Assembly (NCBI RefSeq): GCF_022539665.2
Contig: NC_081333.1
Location: 1,488,001-1,552,000, forward strand
From: Daphnia carinata
Lineage: Eukaryota
Direction: 5' to 3'
DNA: 64,000 nt
In this document: piece after piece, positions 42,961 to 52,133 of the stretch
Position numbering within the stretch: position 1 is the first letter of the stretch
How the letters are laid out: each line of letters opens with the position of its first letter
Program-made: the position numbers and the translations under genes
Notes under the pieces: model-generated
The model's input: only the letters and a program-made list of their open reading frames with translations
Told to the model about the DNA's origin: nothing
Database searches by the model: none

Positions 42961-43477
42961 TTTTGCCTGATCTTTTATTTTTCGACTATGAGGTGCTAAA
43001 TTACATCACATGTTGGAAATAACAAAAAAGGAAAACAGCGTTGCCGCTATAATCTAAAACAAATAAATGAACGGCGGTAAAATTGACACGGAAAATGTGA
43101 AACAAGGTGAAATGAGAATATTATGTAACAATTTGTTAAATTATCATCTCGAGCAAATCTTAATAAAAAATTTATGATACGGTAAGAAAAAGCGAGGGGG
43201 AAGGGATCACCCCCCCCCTATCTTTAAGACTGCATAATTGCAAGGTTGCCTAAAAAACTAGATGAGAGGTAACGTTTTTCGAATTATTGCAAGGTCAAGT
43301 GATCGATTTAGTGGAGGAAAGGAAACCATGGGTAGGGTAAGAATATTGGTCAGTTGAACTACTGCTTCAACGTGTGTTAGTCGTTTTCCTTCACAATCCC
43401 TCTGTTTTATGATATTTTCCAACGTTAAAGGGAAGGAATCAAGTAATTTTTTGTGCGTGATTAGAAATCCTGGACAC

Positions 43478-45544
43478 ATGGCTCGTAGGAAGAGAAGTAT
43501 AGGTTCCGTGGAAAAAGAGCTTGTGCAACCAGCTCTGAATCATAGGCAAACCAGGGAATCGACACGACGTAAAAAATCTTTCCAGACGGCTCGTTTCTCT
43601 AACTATGTGTTCAAAGTACTGAAGCAAGTGCATCCACAGGCAAGTTTTTAGTTATCGCTGATATATTTAGTTCAATGATTCGCTTTCTTTCTATCCGTTC
43701 TATTAAAGAAAAAAAATTCGTACAGTGTTTTGATATTAAAATCATATTTTTTTTTGTTCATGTAGTTGTCGATGACGAATAAAGCAATGAAAGTAATGGT
43801 AAGTTCTGTAAACGTTTATGTTATTTTCAGTCCCTAAAAAAGAATAACCGTTTTTATTTTCGAGGATGATTTCATGCACGACATATACTCGCGACTGGTG
43901 GCTGAAGCGGCAGGATTGGTGAAATTAACAAGAAGATCAACCCTTTCGGCGTCCGAATTTCAAACAGCCACAAGGCTAATTCTGCGTGAGTGCATTTAAA
44001 TATAAATATCTTGGAATACAGCAGAATGTGCCGGTATTGTGCTGTGCGTACGATGCCTTTTCCGTGTCGCTTTTCCGTAACATGTAAATTGAATTTTTTA
44101 ATGATAATTACGGGTATCATTGATGTCGTGATATTGGTATGAAAAGCCAGGGCGAAACATATTTGTTCTAACGAAGTGGCGTGATCAATAATTTTGTTTT
44201 CCATTCACTTTTTCATTAATTTAATTAATTATTTTTTTCTTTTCGTCTTTCTTACGTTAGCTGGGGAATTAGCTAAACACGCCATCAGCGAAGCGTCAAA
44301 AGCTGTAGCCAATTTTCTAACGTCGAGGTAAGCTTGCAAACTTATGAATTTCTAAAAATTAGCTTTCTATTTTTGATTGTACAGGGATGACGATGCCAAG
44401 AGATCCCACGCTCGCCGAGTCATTAATAATCCACCGTCCACCACTTCAGCCGGTGCGAGCAATCAAGAGCCTGTAGAAATTGAAATTTTTGGGACCGGGC
44501 GGCGCCCACCTGTGAGTGTCGATACCGAATCGATTGAAGAAGATGAGTTTGTGAAGCAAATTAACCCCACCCGAAAATTTTACCCAGTGTATCCATCAAA
44601 GGATAATCAGATAGAGCAGATGAAAATAATTCAAAATGCAAGCAAGAACATTCCAGATAGCTCAACCGCTTTACATCCCATCGACGAGGAACGTGAAATG
44701 TCTGAAGAAAACATAACAGATGAAGAAAATGGCTCGACAGTGCTAGGTGAACCAGGTCCTCCGACACCTCCCACAGAAGTCGAATCGGACACATCAATTA
44801 CTACCACCGAGACACCTCCAGTGGATGTCGAGTCGGACGCATCGACCACCACATCCAAAACACCTCCCATCGCGTTAGAATCAGACGCGTCGACGACCAA
44901 ACCAGATATATTTGACAAAAGTGAGATCGGTGATGCTAATGAGCCGAAACACCCTGACGATGAGGCGAATAAGAAACGGGACAAAGAAGCGGATACCTTA
45001 GAAATGGACGCTCAGTCTGTCGATAGTGAAGAAGCCGAATTGTTGGTAGTTGTAAATGTCAAAGGAAAGGTTTGTCGAAATCCCACCCATGTATTACCTG
45101 GTAAGCTTAAACAGGCTGTTATCCCTCAGATATGAATAACCTTATTAATTGCATCTTGTCTTTAGGTTCGACTATCACAGCGCAAATGACATCCAGCTCG
45201 GACACCATGCATTCAATCGGTACTCATGTCACGTATAAATTTATATTGCCATTTTCAAACTAACAATACAGTAGATACAGAGAGTCAGCGTGTTTCGGTA
45301 TCCGTAGATACCGGGCGACCACCCCATGTGGAAAATGAGGCTGTGGTGTCTGGTACTAGTAGTTCTACAAATTCAGACGCAGCTGAAGCACAACCTCAAC
45401 TTACTGTTCGATGTTCTACGGTATGCAATTAATTGCCCTGTTTAGTAAAATTATTATAATATAGCTCTTCGGTAGGTTACTAGCACAAAAACTACGTTAA
45501 TTCACGAACGTAAAGAAAAAGTCAGTGAATGGTTTACTGGATAG
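43478..45544 (+). CDS. Divergent intron-containing histone H2B-fold protein with long acidic C-terminal extension (~456 aa, 8 exons)
   Basis: Exons 43478-43639, 43766-43798, 43865-43985, 44261-44327, 44385-45100, 45166-45219, 45272-45420 and 45476-45544 are phase-consistent. They encode FSNYVFKVLKQVHPQ-LSMTNKAMKVM-DDFMHDIYSRLVAEAAGL...[32 protein letters not shown] (H2B fold), then an E/D/T/S/P-rich tail. The H2B fold is secure; the last three exons are less certain. Confidence 0.8.
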
Positions 45545-48469
45545 AAGAATAAATGAAGACCCAGCCTACTAAGTTCTTTACATAATTTTGTTCATAATAG
45601 GGTAATGTAGACCCAAGTAACTGTTATGCTTTTTTTCCCCTCTCCAAACTGTTTTACAAATTTTTAAAATTATCTTCAAAAGTGTTGCAATCAGAAATCT
45701 TGAGATTTGGTAGAAAAAGTCACGAACGTTTTTCGTTTGTTTGATGGGCAAATATCTGATAATTGTGCAGAATTGACGGATTGAAGTTATTTTGTCCTAA
45801 TAGTTCGTCATAGGACTGTTGAATAGAAGGAATAAGTCACCTATCAATTTGAGCTCTATCGGAATGTTGTTCCAGTTTCCCAATAGGGATTATGTGTAAT
45901 GTAGACGATTAATAAGTACACTCGTCCGTGTTTGACAATGTTTTGGTCAATGCCGACGTTAGCGTTTCGGAGAAATTCGGGAAGTTCATGCGTTCATTCT
46001 TACATCTCAACGGTTAGTACGACGCGCTGTTTGACCCACTTTTTGACAGACAACTATAGTTCGGTAGTTCACTATTTTACAAACGCCAGCTAGCGGTCAA
46101 GAGTGTCAAAGCACAATCTAGCAGTCAACATCGATGGCGGATATGAATAGATCTCTCCCCAAAAGAAGCAGGAGTATTCTAAATACTGTATTTGTCAATC
46201 GATTGTTAGGCCAGTTTCGTTTGCCAGTCAATTGTCTATGGAGACGGTTATGGAAAGGAGATTAACGTGTTAATATCGTTAAGCTTTGAAGGCAGTGCTT
46301 GGATTGGATGGAGTGTTTGGTAAGCCAACAGAGATTCTAGATTACAGGTATGATAGTGTTTGATGTTTAAAAACCCTTCTATGCTCTACAGAAGGCATGA
46401 TCAAAGTGATTACTGACCATGTTTTTTGCCCTGAACATTACAACCATGCTTGGTATCAAGTTTGGATATCAGTTTTCTTACATCCATCATTGCATCCAGT
46501 TTAGGTATGTTGACCTTAGGACTATTATAAAAGTAGTCCAACTATAAAACTCAAGCGTAATCACATGGCAATCATGCAAGTTAAGCAAAACATTTTCTTG
46601 AAAATTTTATTTTGTTTAACAATGTACATATTGAGCAAACCAATCAAGTGAAAACCCATTCTATATTTACAAGTGAAGAGTTCGAAGGTATGAGCAAGTT
46701 CTTTATTTACAAGTACATAATCTAAAATGAGTCCATAGGTACGCAGCATCGATTTCCAGGGAAAATTGATGACTGTAAGATGCAGCGATCGTTATTATCT
46801 AAAATACCGCGGCTGCCACCTCTGGTTCTTGTTTTTCCTTTCTTCGCATGAAAACTAGAGTGATGCAAGTCGGTATCCGCGCGAAAACCAAGATGCAAGA
46901 CGCCAAAGATCGTAAACAAATAACCACGTACAATTGCCGCTCGCAATGAAATGACAACATTCGTACCCTGCATTGGTAATGGTAGCTGCACCTTGAAGAA
47001 AACGTGTGGAGCATGGCTAATACAAAATTTAAAAAAAAAATAAACTGTAATGAAACTTCATGTCGGCGACTTTGATCACTTTTTCCTCTCTTGTTTACAA
47101 TGTAATGTCACATTGTAGTAGCATTGCACCACAGTTATGGCCAACAGTTAAAGCCGACTAATTGGACAAAGTCCTCATTTAATCCATATTAAACCCAAGG
47201 AGACAGACGAAACAGTCTATGTAAAAAAAATAATCACTTTTTCGGGATCCTCCCACATCTTGCTGAGGTGAAGTTTGCGGGTCGATAGATTTAGCTGATT
47301 CTGGCATTATTTGATTAACAAAATGCGTGCCAGCCTTAAACTTTGCAGGAATAACGAACGTCTGGTTCGTTATGTTGGGTACCTTGTAATTTGTATTAGT
47401 TTTTCAGTATTTTCGGAGCATTTTTGGAAATTTGCATATTAAAAGACTGCATAAAACACCCGAACTTAGTAGTATAGTAAACTATTCACCGCGAGTATGT
47501 AAATATCCTGGAATGCTTATAGTTCGTTATAGTATAACGTTTTAACAATCCTGTGTCGTGACGGATCGAAACTCACAGGATTGAACGCTGACGTCGTCTG
47601 TCATGTCCGCCATTTTAGCTGTGTCTACATGAGAACATTTCTACTCTGTTATCGTCAAAGTTTTCCCATTTTTTTGTGCATTTACATTAGCAAGTAAGTA
47701 ACACGACACAATTATTATTCTTCAGGCATTATTTTTTTGCTTCATTATTAGACCTAGGACAATGGAAGCCTGTTATGTTAACAAGTAATGATAAGTAGAA
47801 CTCAGGTAGTGAACAATCAATGCTGAAATTGTACCTAAGTAAATGCAATCTTGGGTTTTTCAGGAGTTAACTATCTCTCAGTTCTTCATCAGAGCATAGT
47901 AAAAGCATTATTTTTAATTTAATGCTTGAATATTATTTTGCAAAGAATCTCTCACAAAGAATCGTGAGTTGACCTAAAAGGATTGACTGTATTGTTTCAA
48001 GCTTAGGCACACATGTTGAACCATTACTGCTTAAGTCACCTGTCATTATTCATCTATAACTAGAGAACCAAGTGATTTATTTGTCCTTTTCACTTGGTAC
48101 TTCACGTTGTGACTTTTGTGTGCACTAGATATTCCCTTAATTTGATTCCGTTGAATCTTCATTCAAGGGGTTCAGGTTTATGCAGAGCTTTTATTGAAAG
48201 AAAATTGAAGATGCTAGCTGTCTGCATAAAATTTTTTTAGAATGAAAATCTATTTTAACAAAAGTAGCATCACCTGTCTTCACACAGTTCAAACATTATG
48301 TCCCAGTAATCAAAGGAAATCACCTGAGCTAGTTTTCAAACATGTATCTTTGTTTGAATCATAATCGGTACTTTAGTCTCTTATCTGCCAATGTTGTGTT
48401 GCTTTTTTCTTGTCTGATTTTCTTATATCTGTTGCACAGGTTCGTTTTCGTATAGTCGCTACCTTTTGC

Positions 48470-49170
48470 TGTGGTTTCATCGCCGTCTTCGCCTTCGCCT
48501 TAGTCTCATCGCTGTTCTCGCCTTCACCCTGGTCTCTTCGCCTTCGCTGTGGTCTCTTCGCCGTCTTCGCCCACGCCGTCTTCGCCTTCGCCGTGGTCTC
48601 TTCGCCGTCTTCGCCCTCGCCGTGGTCTCTTCGCCGTCTTCGCCCTCGCCGTGGTCTCATCGCCTTCGCCCTCGCAAGTCTTCGCCTTCGCCCTCGCAAT
48701 TCTTCGCCTTCGCCCTCGCAATTCTTCGCCTTCGCCTTCGCCCTCGCAATTCTTCGCCTTCGCCGTGGGCTCATCGCCTTCGTCGTGGTATCGTCGCCGT
48801 CTTTCCCTTCATCGTGGTATCGTCGCCGTCTTTACCTTCATCGTGGTATCTTCGCCTTCGTCTCGGGTCTCATCGTCGTCTTCGCCTTCGTCTCGGGTCT
48901 CATCGTCGTCTTCGCCTTCGTCTCGGGTCTCATCGTCGTCTTCGCCTTCGTCTCGGGTCTCATCGTCGTCTTCGCCTTCGTCTCGGGTCTCATCGTCGTC
49001 TTCGCCTTCGTCTCGGGTCTCATCGTCGTCTTCGCCTTCGTCTCGGGTCTCATCGCCGTCTTCGCCTTTGTCTCGGGCCTCATCGCCGTCTTCGCCTTCG
49101 TCTCGGGTCTCATCACCGTCTTCGCCTTCGTCTCGGGTCCCATCGCCGTTTTCGCTTTCATCTCATCGCC
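48470..49170. repeat. GC-rich tandem repeat array (TCGCCT/TCGCCG hexamer-derived, with ~10 copies of a 30-bp unit CATCGTCGTCTTCGCCTTCGTCTCGGGTCT)
   Basis: The identical 30-bp period is directly visible from ~48851 to 49140, with degenerate higher-order variants upstream. Confidence 0.95.
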
Positions 49171-49306
49171 ATCGTTCGCGTGCGACCCACAAAGATGGAA
49201 CAATCGGATCCAGGAAAAAAATTGCGGCGATCGACCGAGACTGCGCCGCGGGACTTTTCGGGTATCATATTGTTTTGTATTGTTCTGTGTTATGTGTTGT
49301 ATTGTA

Positions 49307-49652
49307 TAGTTAACCTGTTGGCTGCCACCCCGTTTGCTCCCATTTTTTTTGTAGGTTGTAGGGAACCGGGCGCTGTTCTTCCCCATGGCCATGGGGGGAA
49401 CAGTCGCCAACGCGCCTAAAGGCACAAGGCCTTTAGGCGCGCCTAGGCAATGCACCAGTAGGGACTTCTCTTTTTCGGTCCGGTGATAGAAAGCCTGGGG
49501 TGTGCATTCCCGGAATGGCCTCTATCACCGTGCCAGCCCGGACTTGTCTTCGGACAAGTCCCCCTTGGTCGGGATCCTTCAGACGCGACGAGTAGCTACT
49601 GTAGTTTCAGCAACCTACGGGTTGCGTGGCTTGGCAGCCAACAGGTTAACTA
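49307..49652. other. Inverted-repeat-bounded multi-hairpin element (structured RNA or mobile-element terminus/MITE)
   Basis: Perfect 21-bp inverted repeat TAGTTAACCTGTTGGCTGCCA (49307-49327) / TGGCAGCCAACAGGTTAACTA (49632-49652) enclosing at least four hairpins. Identity unknown. Confidence 0.6.
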
Positions 49653-51124
49653 GTTATGTATGTATGTGTTTATGTGTATGTAAATATGTATTCGTGTATT
49701 GTATATTATGTAAAATAGTGGCGGAATTGTAGGGTGGAGGAGGGTCAATAAAAAGAATTGAATTTTTATTTACTTTTTCGTGTGTACTTTATTTAACATG
49801 ACTAAAACAACATAAAAAAACAAACTTAGAATACTTATCCGACAATCTGTTTCACTTGTCTATCTAGTCATCAACGAAGTATTTGTTCCAAAACATCTTT
49901 TCACTGTCAGATAAACATATATACTTTTCCTGGCGAAAAAAACACCCCCAACGCTTAAGAATATTTAGTCAAAATTTACGACGAATTCCTTTTTCTTTTT
50001 TTTTCTGTTTAACTGTCGAAAACAATTACTTTGCAAAAAACAAACAGAAAAGAAATGACTCATCATTGGCACTAGATCACTTACCACGGCATTGTGAAGG
50101 AATTTAACCAATTTTAGCTTTAAGTTCCCAGCTTCCTTCAAAGTACGTAATGACTCCCCAAACACAGAAGTGATACTAGACATATTATATTTGCACCAAA
50201 ATCATAACACGGGTGATATTTCTTTCAGTCGTAGAAGAATGCCATGGCCAGCTCAGCCTATTGAGTACATCCTGGAGACCTGCAAGTACAGTTATAAAAC
50301 TAATACTTTTAACGTCAAACAGCCAAATTGGGGCAAAAACCCAATTACGACCTGAAAGAACTATGACAATTAGATTGTGGATAATACTACAAAAGATGAC
50401 AACTTTCGTTAAAAAAAAAGCCTTTTGCGGTAAAGTTGGACGCACTCGACTTACAAATATGTAAAACGTGCTGGTAAGCAAACGAGCATCGAGCATTGGT
50501 TCTCCTTTAAATAATTTTCAAAGCATGGTAAAATATTTCTTCTAAATAAATTTTTGCCAAAATACCTCAAAGCATTTGTACAGAATGCTTTCCATACATA
50601 AATGTCCTATTAAGCTCAAAATGCGAAATCTACGTGAAAAACAAACACGAAATTACTGAAAATCGTCAAAGAAGTTTTAACGAGAGAACAATCCGTCATG
50701 GCTTCTCTACCACGTTACGCGAAATGAAACAGCTGACATTAGCATGCCATATGGTATGCCGTAATCCGTTTACCCCCCCCGCCCCCTCTCTCGCCCCCCC
50801 CAAAATGGCGGTTTTACTGCCGCCATCTACCGGTCAGATTTCTAGTTAATTCTACACATACACTACCGAATATTTCTGCTGCATCACCCTAGCGCTGTAG
50901 CGTACTGGCGCGCTAGTAATGTTTTCGATTTGCACACACACCAATTTTATATTTTAGATTACTCCAAAACTATAAACTCTACGTAGAAAAAAATTCAATT
51001 TTCGTCTTCCTTGGTTAATTTTGAATCAGAATCATCTATAGTTATCTAGATTTAATGCTATTGTTTTTTTTAATAGGAAAAAATTTTAAACCCAGGCTTA
51101 TTTTTTAACCCAACTTTTGCGGCT

Positions 51125-51575
51125 TTTTACGAGTGAGAAGGCCATAGCCTTCCCACTTTTGTCAAAATCGGAAAAACCACGACAAGACCGTATTGTCGAC
51201 AAGATTTTAAATAACAGTTTGAATTGCAGAATTTTGAATAAAACGCAAACAAAGTTATCTTAGAGCAACTACTTTTAATCTGAATAGCGAAAAAACTATT
51301 AGTCCCATGCAAAAATAAAGCAGATTTTCGTGATCCCCGTGAAATTTTGAGTAAGATTCACCTACATTGAGCTATAGTTAGATTTTTGCCAAAAATGGAA
51401 AAGTGGGAAGGCCATAGCCTTTCCCTTCTGTTGAAATCCGAAAAAAAATTAAATCTCTTAGAATTGAATGAAACTTACCAGAAATAGTCAGAATTGAACG
51501 CGGATTCCAAATCTAGTATTTGTTTTCGTTTTACTTCTACAGCTTCTGAATAAAACGCAATCAAAGTTATCTAGT
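51125..51575. repeat. Degenerate direct duplication (~270-310 bp period) carrying a GAAGGC-CATA-GCCTT hairpin; probable non-autonomous transposon remnant
   Basis: GTGAGAAGGCCATAGCCTTCCC (~51133) vs GTGGGAAGGCCATAGCCTTTCCC (~51403). TGAATAAAACGCAAACAAAGTTATCT (~51235) vs TGAATAAAACGCAATCAAAGTTATCT (~51547). Confidence 0.6.
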
Positions 51576-52133
51576 TCGTTTTCGGTCGCCAACGCCATCT
51601 GTTAACAGAAATATTGTAAAAATAGGTTTTGATATTGGAAATATCAATGAAACTAGGATCAAGTTATTCTGAATGTAGGCCGTTCACGATGCAGCTTTTT
51701 ATCAACTGTTCCCTGGCAGTCTGCAACTGCCCCACATACCAAACACATCTACACATCGCTACTTTCATTTCCTGCTAACGTTGAACTGAAAGGTTCCTCT
51801 CCCAGCAAAGCATGACTCTCCTGCTATCATTGAGCTCTGATTCTAGGAAAAAAAATCATTCAAAAATTCAATACTTAACATGTCATCTTTTGATAAGGTA
51901 GTCAAAACTGGTCACCATGTGTAAGCTCCATCCAGTGAATCTAAATCTCATTGCTTACTAATTATATTAGATTGAGAAATAGTACAGATTCATTAAGAGG
52001 GATATTGGAAGATATTACAACACCAATTTGCTAAAATCAACAACTACTAAGAAAGAGATTTTTGTTTAGATCTTGCGTATTACATGTGCCTTTAAAAAGG
52101 CGATTAGACGAAAAATCGGATCTAGAGTAAAAC

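Noticed and set aside
12065..45544. Functional link between CTR9 (promotes H2B ubiquitylation) and the K120-less H2B variant
   Set aside because: They are ~27 kb apart with many unrelated genes between them; most likely coincidence.
46134..46505. Exon-like segments (MADMNRSLPKRSRS..., ALKAVLGLDGVFGKPTEILDY)
   Set aside because: There are in-frame stops and no confident homology. It may be a decayed gene, but I cannot support a call.
48851..49140. 30-bp repeats resembling a CRISPR array
   Set aside because: The units are contiguous with no unique spacers, there are no cas genes, and the context is eukaryotic.
48373..49455. Five long overlapping ORFs (133-317 aa) on both strands
   Set aside because: They arise from a stop-free tandem repeat with a period divisible by 3. 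There is no domain or codon evidence, so they are not called as CDS.
49307..49652. Structured element as RNase P/MRP, hammerhead ribozyme or telomerase RNA
   Set aside because: By eye I found no correctly ordered P4 (CR-I/CR-V) strands, no CUGAnGA/GAAA core and no TTAGG-type template. It is left unassigned.
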